64,000 nucleotides of DNA from Cyanophora paradoxa CCMP329 (GCA_004431415.1 QPMI01000167.1:161222-225221), one strand, 5' to 3'. Shown: positions 12,701 through 25,593, counted from the first letter of the stretch. Program-made: numbers and translations. Notes: a model not told the origin generated them from the letters alone.

Positions 12701-13640
12701 TCTTTGTCGCTCTTCATGGCGTTCATGAAACTTGTCGACGCCGAGAATAACTGTGCATTTGAATCAAGAAAAGCATCGACCAAGAAAGACAAGAAAGACA
12801 AGCTGCTGCGGCGATGAAAAGGGAAGAAAGGACGCGATGCGGCGGGAGCCGTTCATCTCTTCATTCCAAAACGCTCGCACCAAGTGGCCCCAATCGGTAG
12901 CCCACAGGTGGTCGAGTGCGAACGACGCGTGGTCAAGTGCGCTGGAGTCGTCAGGCCAGCCCATGATCTGCCAAAGGTCATCAGTCTGTGTGAGAGGCTG
13001 CCAAGTGAGCGCACATTGTTGAGCGTGTCCAGCAGCCAGCGCCCGTCTCTCGAGTCGAAGAGCTGCCAGTTGCCGGTCAGTCCGAGTGCGCAGGCTGGAG
13101 CGGAAACGCAGACTCCATGCGAGCGCACTCGGTTCCCGACTCGCTCGACCTCCCTGCTTCGAGCGGCCAGGCCCGGGTTGCGTGAGATCGCCCCCCACAG
13201 CAGGCGGACATCGATGATAGGTTGCTTCACTTGCTGCCGCTGTCGAATCCACTCCTGAGGCGCGTCAGCTTGGAAACCAAGCCGCTGCGGTGCACTAGGC
13301 GCACTTGGATGGCGCCGATGCTGGCCTGCACTTCCTGGCAACGGCCCAAATCGTCCAGTACGCGCTTGCTGGCGTTGATGCTCTGCTGAACCTTCTTGAG
13401 CTCGCTAGCATACCTGCGGTCGCGTTTAGGCGGGTCTGCTTCGCGGCTAACTGCAAAATCCGCGCGGGTGCTCAAACAGGCGCGGGAGTCTAACCTTTCT
13501 TCTTCCTTTCTCTTCTTCCGCGCATCCTCTCGCGCGGGGTCGCGCTTCCCCTGTCGGAGCTGCGGCGGTGTGGCGCCGTGCGGTGCGGTGTAGGGCAGCC
13601 CCACGTAGGGGGGCGCGGGCTGCGGCGGCTCTGACAGCAT
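9730..13640 (-). CDS. Large multi-exon hypothetical protein with a possible BPI/TULIP-like lipid-binding region and Pro/Ala-rich C-terminus (may be two genes)
   Basis: Chain of spliceable exons from MLSEPPQ... to ...PPIRFRF*. The segment VKNVHLSSLSF...DLTFKSSKMSWLYNSIAAIFRGVLCSAVEAA resembles the end of a BPI/LBP domain (by eye only). Confidence 0.45.
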
Positions 13641-13825
13641 CGCGCTCGGACCGTGCTCTGATCAGAGCGTCGTCCCGAAACGTTAGCCGCACGTCGACAC
13701 GCGTACCCGTACGGCGTGTGGTCAAAACCGAGCAACTTCCAGCTGCAGCCCCGCGACTACAGCCTGTCAAACGAAGCGCGAGGGGGAAGCGGAAGAGCTT
13801 TTTAGAGCGTTGCACCCCCGGCGCC

Positions 13826-14998
13826 ATGTTTCTGACAAGGTGTGTACGCGCGCCCGCTCCGCGCGCCCTGCAGCTCTGCGGTCTCCGTCTTCGAGATCAG
13901 AGATGCACACGCCGGGTCATATGCCCACCTTCGATGGCCGCAGGAACGAGTATGACCGCGGCGTCAACACATTCTCGCCCGAGGGCCGGCTTTTTCAAGT
14001 CGAGTACGCTCTTGAGGCGATCAAGGTGCGGCCTACGCGTGCACATCGCTCTCAGAGGCCGCGCATGTGCCGGGTGCCTTACGTTCGCGGCAGCTGGGCT
14101 CGACCGCCGTGGGCATTCAGACCGCCGAGGGCGTGATCATTGCGGTCGAAAAGCGCCTGACATCACCTCTCCTGGAGCCTTCGAGCGTGGAGAAGATCAT
14201 GGAAATCGACTCGCACATGGGCTGTGCGATGAGCGGTCTCACTGCCGATGCGCGGACCCTCATCGACTTCGCTCGAGTGGAGACTCAAGTACGAGTGCAC
14301 GCGAGCGGTGGGTTGCGTCTGGCGCGCTCACCCGCGGCAGAACTACCGGTTTTCGTACAACGAGCCGATGGGGATGGAGTCGTGCACACAGGCGATTTGC
14401 GACAAGTGCCTTGGATTTGGAGAAGGGGGAGAAGATACGATGGTGCGTTTCATCGATGACGAGTGCTGTCTTATGCAGGCACTGAATTTTGTCGCAGTCT
14501 CGGCCTTTCGGAGTTGCATTGCTGATCGCTGGCATCGACGGGCTTGGCCCTGCATTGTGTGTTCCTTTTTGTTTTCATATCCGAGCTGCCTTGCATGGCC
14601 TTCCAACTCACGTCAACCCTGGTAGGTATCACACCGACCCGTCAGGCACGTACACTCGTTTCGACACGAAGGCGATCGGCTCGGGTGCCGAGGGCGCTCA
14701 GACTGCACTCACGGAGGGTTACAACAAGGTGCTAAGCGCTCAGCGACCTTTCTCTTCTCTTTTCTGTGCATGACCTCGCATTCTTTCCCAGAGTATGACT
14801 CTCGCCGAGGCCGAGAAGCTGGCATTGAGTACGCTAAAGCAGGTCATGGAAGAGAAAATCACGGACACAAATGTCGAGCTGGCATCCGTCCGGACTGACA
14901 CCCGCAAGTTCAAGATCTACTCGCAGGAGGAGCTCCGGGAGGTTCTGGCACGGATCACGACAACAGCTGGGCCTTCCGATGCTGCAGCCCCAGCGTAA
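13826..14998 (+). CDS. PSMA5: 20S proteasome subunit alpha type-5
   Basis: MFLTR|[27 protein letters not shown]|LGSTAVGI...[12 protein letters not shown]...[10 protein letters not shown]...LKQVMEEK. Confidence 0.97.
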
Positions 14999-15355
14999 CT
15001 CGAGTGACTTTCTTCTCCCGGCCTCGTGTTCCCTGCATGATTTTATGGCACTTCTACACACGTACACCCAACGATTTCGGTCCGCATATGGCCACCGTCT
15101 TGACTGCGTGGGTTACCGCGGCTAGCTATAGTGGTACATAAAGCGGGCGCCGTCGAGCGCTCCCCTTCATGACGCGACGAGCACCTGGTTTCGGAACATC
15201 GTATTCACATAATCAATGTCGTCTACACGACAAATGTGCAGTGGACGATAGCAGAGAAGGTTCACGGGATGGGTAGGGGCGAAAACGCGGAAGACACCGC
15301 GCACGCTCGCAGGACGGGGGAGCGCGGCGGCGGGGAGTGAGGACAGTTAAATAAT

Positions 15356-16026
15356 CTACTTCGACATGAGCAAGTTGACGAAATCGGCGTAGTTGACCTT
15401 GCCATCGCCAGAGACATCTGCTTCCCGAATCATCTCGTCGACCTGGCGTCGCCATCAGCACCACTCACAGACGCCGCCGCGTAAGCTAACTCGCAGACCT
15501 CCTCGTCAGTGAGCTTCTCGCCGAGGTTTGTCATGATGTGCCGCAGCTCGACAGTGGTGATGTAGCCGCTGCCCTCCTTATCGAACACGCGGAAGGCATC
15601 CATAATCTCCTCGGTCGAGTAGGGCTCCTTGGACTTCTTGCTCATAATGGTGAGGAACTGTAAAGACAGCCGACACGCATCAGCGTTCTGGCCATTTTTG
15701 AGCGGCGGCGCCCATATGGGCAAAGCGCACGTTGGCAAAGTCAATGAGGGTCGTTCCTTCGGCCTGGAGTTCATTGATGAGCTCGTTCAGCTCCGCCTCG
15801 GTGGGTGTCTGGCCGAGCGAGCGCATCACTGTGCCGAGCTCCTTCGGGGTGATGCAGCCATCGCCGTCGCGGTCAAAGAGAGAGAACGCCTCCTTGAACT
15901 CCGCAAGCTGCTCCTCGGTGAACTCGTGGTGGCCGGCCTGCACGAAAGGCAGGTCAGCATGGGAGCGCACCAGGCGGGCCAACCGCCGACGAGTTCGCCG
16001 CGCAGAGGCTGCCAGCGGCACACCAT
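15356..16026 (-). CDS. Calmodulin-like EF-hand protein (divergent calmodulin)
   Basis: M|[50 protein letters not shown]...[33 protein letters not shown]|[28 protein letters not shown]. Confidence 0.93.
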
Positions 16027-16527
16027 TTGCGAATGCTACTGCGCTGCGGGTTGCGGATGGCCGAGGTTTTGAAGTTGGGTCTTTTCTTAGACCGTCGTTT
16101 CTGCCAGGGGTGGACCTGGCCGGGGGTACGGAGCCTCGGAGATCTCTGCATGGGCAGCTGCAGCTTGCGCTAGCAGCTCAGCGGTGATCAACAGCTGTAT
16201 ATATACGGCTGCCACAGGCTGTACATGTACATGTACGTACTGTATATAGTTTCGAATTCCCCTCCGCAAACTTGAAATACGTATACTGCAGCTGGTACCG
16301 CGGCCGGCCGCGGTCACACACGGCCGCGGGTACGTACTAGTACTACGGTATATGTACCGGACGGCTCACGCGTACGTGCACTGCGCGTGCGCATGCAGCT
16401 GAGCTCGAGTCATGCATATGCATATGATCATGATCATGATCGATATCATGGCCATGCCATGGCCACGGCCGCGGCCGGCGCCATGCCCATGGCCATGCAC
16501 AGTACACTAGGCCTAGGGCATATACGT

Positions 16528-16718
16528 ATACGCATGCATATATATGGTCGACATCATGATCATATATATATATGATCATGATCATGATGCATATGGTAAC
16601 GTTTGCCAAGTACTAGTTGCATCATGATCATGATCATGATCAATTTCAGCTGCAGACAGCTTAATTATATAACTTAGTAACTTGGCGGCAATTTGCAACT
16701 GGGCGGACCCGGGAGCTC
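16528..16718 (+). repeat. Dispersed ~200-bp repeat rich in CATGAT, copy 1
   Basis: Aligns to 29391-29608 (atacgcatgcatatatatggtcgac ... caatttcagctgcaga ... gggcggacccgggagctc). Confidence 0.85.
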
Positions 16719-17715
16719 AAGAGGGGACCCGGGCCCGCCAGGCCTAGGGGGCCCCTGGCACCGTGCCACGCCGTGTGACGGTGGGACTGCGGCAGGCCTA
16801 GGGCGGGCCGGGCCTTGTGCCAAGCGTACGGGCCTTGTACATATGCCGCGCGCCTTGAGCTGAATTCGAGTCGAGGGCCGCTCATGATCAGCCGCTGAGC
16901 AGCTCCCGATCCGATCGCGAGTTCCAGCTGCAGTGGGGCCGGGGCCCGGCGGCCGGCTCTTAAATTTTCCCCGCGGGCACGGTTACTCGGCAAGGGCGTG
17001 TTTTTTTTCCCTAAAGCGGTAATCTAATTCAAAGCACAGTCCACAGAGCACAGTCTAGTCTAAGTAACTATACTACAAGAGGGGTGTAGTGTAGTGTCTA
17101 AAGCTAGCTGGCTTGTTGGAGGTGTTGAATGTAGAAGGTCCCCCGTGGTTGTTGCGCCGTCCACTGCCGACCGCCTGCTGGATTATTCCTGGGGCGTGAA
17201 GCCGGACCTGGTTCTGCATCTCGCAGGGTCCTCCTCCAAGCAGGAGCCTTACTCCTCGGTTGCCAGTTGAGTTGTAGAGCCTCCTTTTGTGGCATCCCAA
17301 AGGGCTGTCCACTAGGTATTGGTCTTGGCCGTGGTAGGGGGCGCACATAGCTCGTCTTCGACACTGGGTGCTCTGGGCGTATATATAGCGCAGGCGTCGG
17401 CCAGAGAGTACTACGGTTTTCGCTGCTCAGCGGCTATCCCATGTGCCCTACTCTATACTCCCAGCGGGCTCCCACGTAGGTACGTTTACAATGAGATGAC
17501 CGGCTCCCTTCCTGACTTGTTGGACCATTCCTCTTCCAGAGAGAAGAAGCAGATTCCGGCCTTCCTCTCGATACTATTATTCAGGCCGGTCTGGGCGAGC
17601 TCGAGCTTGAGGATGGGCCCACTGTTTGAACCCTGGAGCTGGAGATCCGGACCCCAAGAAGGCCAGGCGCCGGAAACAGCTTCTGCTCTCTGGAAGAGGC
17701 CAAAGAAGGAAGAGG

Positions 17716-20018
17716 TCAGCAAGGAGGAGGCGCATCAACCATGCCCTTTCTCCTGAAAGCGTCTAGATGCAGTGTCGGCATACCTAGTGCCAATATCGCG
17801 GCCTGCATCCGTGCCAATGGCACGGGCGGCATACCAGTGGTGCGAGACTTCCTGCTCTGGCGGACGAGGAGGAAGCCCTGCAAAATTCTCGGCTCGCGGC
17901 TTTGTGTGTGTGTGTGTGTTGGGGGGGGGGGGGGGGGGGCTCGAAGCAAGCGCACAATCATTCTCTGGTGGAGGCATAACCGGGGTTGAGGGACTTGCAA
18001 TGGGCGAGAAGCTCTTCGGAGATGGAGGTGATGATCCTCGAGTCGGGTCTGGCAACTCGGACGTTCGACAGACAGCGGCGTGGGAAAATAGAGCTCACCT
18101 CGGCGACGGGTCGGTCGTCTGGGCATAGACGAGGATTGCTCGAAGGGCTGTGCACAGACAGACGAAGGGGTCTGAAGGGGCGGAAGGCGGAGCGCGGCAG
18201 GATGGCTAGTGAAAGGCGATGAGGAGGAGGTTGGAGGCGCGGTAGCCACGTTGGCGTCGGAGGAGCGGGGGCGCAAGTCGAGGTGTGGAAACTCGGAGGA
18301 GGGCAATTCGGAGGTGGCGCGGGAAGGCGACTGTGGGCCGCCAGAGAAGCGCAGGGAAAGGGCCATGCGGGCGCTGCTCGTCGCAGCAGTGCCACGAGTC
18401 GGGAGGGGTGCGCAGGTGGGGCTGTCAGCCTGGTCGTCCCACCATGCTGTCCGGGGAACAGAAGGCGGAACCGTGTCGATCCCTCCGTGGCTCGCGGCCC
18501 TGAGTGACACACATTAATCGGCGAGCGATGCGCGAAACGCAGAGGGCGCGGCAGGACGTACGACTCTTGAAGCACTGGGGCACCCCGCCTGCGGGGCGCA
18601 TCGGCCTCCCGCGCCCGGCGGCGGGCGCGCTCGCGCTTTGCAGCTTTCGCCCCGAGGTATTGCCGGTACACGGCCTGAATTCTGCGTCCAGACGGTCGGG
18701 GCGTGCGGACGAGTCGAAAAAAAGTGGCACCGTAAGGCCGATTCGTTCGCTAGCAGAGCTCTTGCCCGTTCGCTCGCTCTCTGTGCATCTGCCGTTCGCC
18801 TCCCCAACCGGCCTTTCGTCGCGACCTGTGCGGAGCTGTATAAGAGGGCGCAATATTCAATTGGGCCGAAATGGCGAGCCTGAGCGGCAGACGACGCGCG
18901 CCCCATCTTGGACCGGAACATGGCAAGTCTGTTGGCCGTTAGCAATATGCGCGAGGGTGTACGCTTGGCGTGCAATGCACTGGGAATCATGCACCTGGCG
19001 AGAAGCATCCTAGTCGCCGACTGAATGATCACTGCCGCGTATTCCTCCTCCTCCTTCGACTCGTTCAGGCGAGCGGGCGGGGCACCGCGGCAGGGTGGGG
19101 GTTCGAGTTGCCTGGCTTTTGATGTTCACGTACAGCTGGCGATAGTATTCATCATACGGGTGCTCCCAGATGCTCTCATCCGATGCCGCGTCGTAGTAGT
19201 ACACCGCCCCGTCCTCCGTCTGAAAAGCAGCACTCAGCAATGGAGGGAAGACAGCTGACAGGATCCGAGGCACCTCGTGCTGTGTCCATCCATCGGGAAG
19301 TGGTGCACCCAGCGCATACTCCGCGATCCACAGTAGATGCGAGTCCCACACTGGGTCCATCTGCAGCTAGCGTTACATGGGGCCCCCGCGTTCAGCCCGC
19401 CCCTATACTGGAACTCACTCCGATGACAGTTTTTGCGTACTCTAAAATCTCCTGCGAACGCAAAAAATGTGGGTGGGTTTTAGAAAAGAGCCGAACAACT
19501 CGTGCTCCGCGAATGAAATCGTCAGGTAGATCCTAAAAAACGCAACCTGAGCGGTAAACTCGGTCTCCTGCGATGCGGGTCAGGCATTCTGCTCGACAAG
19601 CTGCGGCATTCATGTGCACCGGAGCATTAGCCTGTTCCTGAAACGCGTCGAGCGCCCAACCAGTCTGCTCGGGAATTCCCCCGCTGGGGGACTTCGAAGT
19701 CGGACTGTGGGCCACGCTGTTCCGGTGCGAGCCCCTCGATGAGCCTCGAGACAGGGGACGCCGAGGGGCCGGAGACTGCGGTAGAGGGGGGGAAAAGCTT
19801 CCGGAGCCCGACTTCGGACTGCTTGGTACTTGAGACCCAGGCGAGCCCGGAACGCTTGGCGACAACCTAGCGCAGCGTTGGCCAAAGCGCTTGCGCGCGG
19901 TAGCCGAAGCGCGCGAGGGCATCAGGATCCAGCGCTTGCGCGGTTTGCGTTCGCGCACCTTGCATCCGACGACGCGCCCGGGCGCGCGGGGGCCGATCGT
20001 GGGTGACGCCGAAACCAT
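17716..20018 (-). CDS. WW-domain protein with CEP164-type N-terminal module; boundaries uncertain
   Basis: EILEYAK..MDPVWDSHLLWIAEYALGAPLPDGWTQHE|TEDGAVYYYDAASDESIWEHPYDEYYRQLY matches the CEP164-like WW module. It is preceded by an S/P-rich region. Confidence 0.6.
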
Positions 20019-20709
20019 TCCTTTACAAGCTGATCAAGCACCTGCGCGCGCCAGCGCTTAGCTAAGGCTGCAGCGGGTACTTCGGCGCGGCGGCACCTCC
20101 TTCTCGGGCTTCTCTCGCGGGTTGGCCCGCAGAGGGCGGAGGTTGGCCCGTCGGCCGCCGGTCTCACCGCCCTTCCCACCCCTCAACATGTGTCAGTGCA
20201 TCGGCATTCGATCGCTGCCTCGTCAATCCCGCGCAGCTGTGCTGTACGCCGTTCCCCGTTCGGCGTTCGGCGTTCGGTCTGAACGGCGGTGAACCGTGAA
20301 CCGTGAACGGCGACGCGGGGTACGCGGTACCGCGATACGGTTGAAGCTGCTTGAGTCGCCACCCTCTCCGTCTCCACCGCCTCCGCCTGTGCTCCCTGTT
20401 CATTGAGCTGCTCGCGTGTGCATCCCTGGAAGCGCACAGGCATCTCCGTGCCTGACTTATCAACCTGTAGCGCAGCAGCCGGCGCTGCATTGTGTGCGCT
20501 GCCTGTGTGCATTGGAGAAGCACAATAAGCTACGACGCAACACCAAACGACCAAACCGTCAACGCCTAGGGCCAGCAAGTCGAAGCCTGGCAATTCGATC
20601 TCTTCAATTCAGCAAGTCAATTCAGTTCGATCTAGCTCAGTATGGGGAACTGCTGGCCATCGCCAGGTTCGTTTTGTGCATCGGCCGCGCGGTTCTCTCT
20701 AGCTGTCTA

Positions 20710-21000
20710 ATGGCCGCGTTAGACAAGATCCCCATGGAAGAGGATGTGTGGAATGCACATGACGACGGTATGCGCCGGCCCCTCCCGCCCCGCCGGCCCC
20801 GCTCGCCCACCGCAAGACAAGCATTGACGACGCCATAGATTCGGACCACGGAAACGCAGACCGAACTAGCTCTTCTCATCCATCACCTCTTTTCCCACGG
20901 AGCTCGCGTCCACTCAAGTACGTGCGAGGCAGCAAAGTAGAGAGCCCCTTGGAGCGCAGATGTAGATCTAGAGCTCCCGCCCAGCACCTTAGAAGATAAA
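20710..21000 (+). CDS. Possible short two-exon hypothetical gene or gene fragment
   Basis: MAALDKIPMEEDVWNAHDD followed by a canonical gtatgc...catag intron. No recognisable family. Confidence 0.2.
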
Positions 21001-22091
21001 TACTTCCAACCGCTAAGCGCTCGTTCGTGGCCTGGGGTGAACCGGCATTAAACCAAAAGAGGGCTCTCTAGTATGCAAAAATCATGACTTCAGTGCTCGC
21101 TTGTTCATGGCCCGGGGTGAACCGAAACTAACCAACCTCAACAGTGTACAAGAAGGGCAACAAGGATTCATTCGGTGATCCATTCGATCCTACAACTGGA
21201 GCCCCTTCTTGCGTCTGCTGAGTCATTTGGACACGAACTGAATCGGGAAGTCCGGGCTACAATCAAGTGTGAGATGTACAGTGTGGCACAACGAGCTCAC
21301 TCTGGACCAGCCGGGCCCTGCGTTGCCCTCTTAACTTTTAAAAGGGGAATAATGGGCCACCCACGGAACACTGGCTGAGATGTGGGATCCGGAGCCTGGC
21401 GAATCGGGACAACACTAGGAGTTTCACATCGCCCACATAAACTTCTCCGACTGGGTTCTATCTGGGGACCGTCGAGTGCTGTTCTCTAGATTTTATTCTA
21501 CGTTCTACTGGACCTGTATCTACAGGGTGAATCGGATAGGTCGGGTGTGAGGGGTCGAGGAAGAAGGGGGAGGACTCCAGGAAGGAAGAGGAGCTTGCAA
21601 TTGGTGCCTCTGAGGCTCCGCCCCCGATAGGGACGGCTGTTCACCATGGCTGGGCCGCCCTGCTCCACTTTTCCATTAACGACGTCGACGTCGACGCTAG
21701 TGCGATGGCCGGCTATATATAGCTAGTGCTCGACGCTCCTGCTATGAAACATGTACACGGGCGAGCGCGTCTCCCGTCTCAATTGCAAGTTGGCAACGGC
21801 TTGCGTTCAGCGTAGACAGAGCTAGCTAGCTGTGTACTGTGCGAAAGCAAAAGCCAGCAAGCGCGCACAGGAGCGTCGGATGCTTCTCGCCTACTCGATT
21901 CTCAACTTCATTTTCTTCATCCTGCTTTTCTCTATGGCCCTGTGCGCTTCGCCACCCTGGGCGACTTACGCCAGCTAAGATCTGGCCTCTTGCATTGGCC
22001 GGCGGGAGACTCGCCGGGAGTCCGTGAATGGGTACCGTCCAACTTTCGTCCAACAACAAGCGAGATCAACGCAGCTAAGATCTAGAGCGCG

Positions 22092-22618
22092 ATGGCAGGG
22101 AAAGACGGCGATGTCGAGCATCGGAAGCAGGTCATGGAGCTGCAAGGCAGGTTTATGGAGACGCAGCGGCAGCTGGTGGGTATCACAGCGCAGATTCAGA
22201 TGCGCGATAGAGAAAAGAAGAAGACGGGGCTCACGCTCAAGGAGATCGACGAACTGCCGAAGGGTGTCAACACGTACAAGTCCATCGGCGCGCCCTGCTA
22301 GCGCTCACGCATGCCGCTGTGCGCTGACCCTTTCTTGCAGGGAAGATGTGCGCAGCGGCGGCGTCTTCCGCCGACGTCGGAATTGAAGTCCTCACGCCGC
22401 GCTGCAGGTTCCTTCTAACACCCACCGAGATGCTCGCCGCGGAGTTGAAATCGAGAATCGGGGATGCAGAGAAAGACATACAATCATTCTCGGTACGTTT
22501 CTTTGAGTTGCACCAGCAGGGCGGGCAGTTACACTGCACCGCGCAGAATTCCCGCGCATACCTGGAGCGGCAGCTGCGCGAGGTTGAGACACAGCTCCGG
22601 GAAATCACGCGCTCCTAG
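22092..22618 (+). CDS. PFDN1: Prefoldin subunit 1
   Basis: MELQGRFMETQRQL...LTLKEIDELPKGVNTYKSIG-KM-FLLTP...SRAYLERQLREVETQLREI. The model includes a 7-nt microexon at 22341-22347. Confidence 0.9.
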
Positions 22619-22774
22619 CTAGAACTTGTGTCGTTTGTGAAACGAATCCACAACATTTGGACACAGTCGCAAGGTCAAATCGCCGGCCCCGCGGGCCCCG
22701 GCATTATTCCTCACGATCAGGGGGCGAGTGCAGGCAAAGTCTTGCCCGACCTAAGCCACCTGAGGCTATCTCTC

Positions 22775-23444
22775 CTAGCGTTCTCGCCGACAAGCTTGCT
22801 GTTGTAATTGAGCAAAGCTAGCCGAATTCGAAGAGCGAGCGTGCATGAATTCGGAGCTCGCCAGAGCTGGATGAACAGCAAGCCGGATATATAACCCGCA
22901 GCGATACGCAGCGCTTCTCGGTGCTATCAAGCAAAGCCAGGTGGATGTCCAAACGCTGGTGAGGAAGAACCAGCTTCGACAGGCGAATTTGACGTCGACG
23001 AGCAACCTCCAACGCAATCGTGCGCCGCGCCGGCGCCCTGGTCTTCAAGCGCACCAACTTAGTCTTTGCATTTCGGCAGATGCCCGGTTGATGCGCGGAA
23101 ATGGATAAAAAGACGGCTTCGCCGCGTCCGGGTTTCACAGATCCACCTGTATCTAAGGACACGGCTCCCGAGGCGCACCTGCCCACGGCACGAGCGCATG
23201 GAAGGGGCAAGCCCAACCCTCCGACCAGTTTCAAGCCGAGCTGGATAGCCTTACGGCAGGCCTGCAGCAAGCGGTGAGATCTTACACAACCGATGAGAAA
23301 ATCCTCGTGGACGAAAGTCTCGAGTAGCAGCGACCACCTCGTAGAGGGCAGTGCTTGTGGGCTGGGCCTGCAGCGACGGCGGCCGCAGTGGACATCCCAC
23401 ACTTGCAGCCCGGACTTGTGGTTTGAATTCGTGTCCAAATGCGA
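22775..23444 (-). repeat. Dispersed ~650-bp repeat, copy 1 (inverted relative to 33076-33725); probable degenerate mobile element
   Basis: Long reverse-complement alignment with 33076-33725. ORF translations are near-identical (e.g. LLETFVHEDFLIGCVR in both). Confidence 0.85.
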
Positions 23445-23463
23445 TCATTCAGAACAACACACA

Positions 23464-24439
23464 TCACAAGATCTTGTCCTCGAGCAGGGATACAAGCTCG
23501 GCTGCGAAACGATGTTGTGGGAACCTGACGGGTGAGGTTAGGAAGAGGACTGACAAGCACGCTGGAGCCATCACGGCGCACCCCATCACATTGAAATAAT
23601 CTCCATTCACTCCCCGGACAAAGCTGCCAGCCGCACCCTGAATGCCGTAGGCGCCAGCCTTGTCCATTGGATCTCCCGTGGCTATGTAAGCATGTATCAA
23701 GTCGCTGGATAGCTGCAGCATTTGGAATCAGAGAGATCATTTTAAAAAGACCGGTCCGCACACTGTTGCAAATTGCACTTCGGTGCGCTCTGCAAAGGCC
23801 CGGACAAGCGGCTCAGCATTCGAATCGCCTCGAGGCCGAGGGACAATTAGGGAGACGCCGGTGAAGACGTCGTGTGCGCGCCCGCTCAAGGAGGAGAGCA
23901 TTTTGTGCGCATCCGACTCATCAAGGGGCTTCTCTGGGTCGCAGTTGGTCGTAATTTTGACGTGGGGATTTTTTACGATTACCCAGAATCTTGCCATCCA
24001 AGACCACTACCGTGTCGGAGCCGATCAACAGGTGAGGTATTTGCACTTCAGGATGGCCAACACTGTTGGCAAGCAACCGCAACGCGACCTCCATCGCCTT
24101 ATTCGTCGCATTCGCCTTGACGTACTCGGCCGGGGAGGGAAACGCGGCCTTGTCCTGCGAAGGCAGCTTAGCCCACAAGCCGAGACCTCGAGGAGACGCG
24201 AGGTCAGCGCGCGCACCATCGTCCTCTCGTCGAAGTTCGACACGGCGACCTCGAAGTTCAGGCCGAGGTTCGCCAGAATCTCGCGCCGTCTGCGGAGCGC
24301 TCCGGCAAGCCGCGCGCGGACCGGAGCCTATCGAATCCTAGCGGAGCCCTACCGCTTCGGCTATCGAAGCGCACCTTGGTGAGCCCGACGCGAGGACCAC
24401 GCGCAGCTGGGCCACTCGGCCCATGTACGGAAAGAGCAT
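23464..24439 (-). CDS. Maf-family nucleoside triphosphate pyrophosphatase (ASMTL N-terminal-like)
   Basis: [22 protein letters not shown]|[61 protein letters not shown]. Confidence 0.93.
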
Positions 24440-24906
24440 GCTTAGCTAAGCTAGAACAGCTCGGAAGCTGCGCGCCCGCGCTCGACGCGCTGGACCCGCT
24501 GCGCCGCGTATCGCTCTGGCGGCGGCGCACGAGCCACTACCCCGCGGATGTAGTCTGCAGTCTGCGTTCAGCGTAGACAGAGCTAGCTAGCTGTGTACTA
24601 CGCCTGTCTGGGTTACACGTAGGGAGGTGCGGCCCTCGCCGTTGCAGCAAAGGGATGGCAGACGCAGCGGTAGAGCGATAGCGAGCCGCGCTTGAGGGTG
24701 CCAAAAGTGGGCGGTGAGAGCCCGCACGCGAGGAGGCGGTACGTATACACGGAATACAAACGCGCTCGATGACCGTAGCGTACGCGCGCATGTCGCACGG
24801 CCGCACCGAGGGGGTGTTCATCTGCGCCTGCGTTGTGAAAGCTGGTGCGCGCGTCAGTGTGCGCAAGTGACTCTGAAACATTGACGGCGCAGTACAGTAC
24901 CTCGGC

Positions 24907-25593
24907 CTAGACGTATGTGGCTGGGATTGATATCGGTCTGTTCTGCAGTCTGAAGACCGAGGCGGGTAGCTGTACCCAGCGCGGATCGTTCCAGGACGAC
25001 GACGTTCCTCGACGTTCCTGCGCGCGAGTGTCTTGCTCTCTCAAGGTCTCAGCTGCAGAATGGCGGGCAAGCCGGAATTCCAAATCGTCGAGGAAGCCGT
25101 TGGTGCCGTTCCGGTCGTCAACTTCGTGCGCTCCCTCATCCGCCCGCGGGCCTGCGCGGGCCGCCCCAGCGCACTCGCTGTGCACTAGGTGCCGCGCCCA
25201 CACATCATTAGCTGATTCGCGTGCAGCTCTACCGGGGCGTCGCGTCGAATCTCGCCTTCCGGCGTGGTAGGACGTCCAGCTGCAGCCTCGCCGAACCTTT
25301 GGCTCAACGCGTGTCAACGCGTGCGTGTGCAGGAGATCAGGAGGAGCAGATGCGGCAGGAGGCGCTCGGCTCGCGTGCGGCGTGGAAGACAATCGCCAGC
25401 GCTATCTCGTGGTCGATCTGGGGGCGTGAGGGCGCGATTGCGGGCGCAGTTGTCGCAGAGGTGAGCGGCTAACACCTTTTCCACTGAAATCGCTTAGAGC
25501 GGTGCATGCAGATCGCGGACCGGCTAGGTGTAATGGAACCCCAGGGCCCGGCGCAGCAGCAGTAAGTAGGCACTGGTAGCTTCGTAACGCCAT
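24907..25593 (-). CDS. Possible hypothetical protein
   Basis: Open coding-like exon ending ...GFLDDLEFRLARH...PATYV*. No family recognised. Confidence 0.25.

Noticed and set aside
23722-23747. ~22-bp similarity between a Maf intron and 32786-32808 (TGGAATCAGAG..ATCATTTTAAAA)
   Set aside because: It is short, AT-rich and gapped, which is insufficient to call a repeat family.
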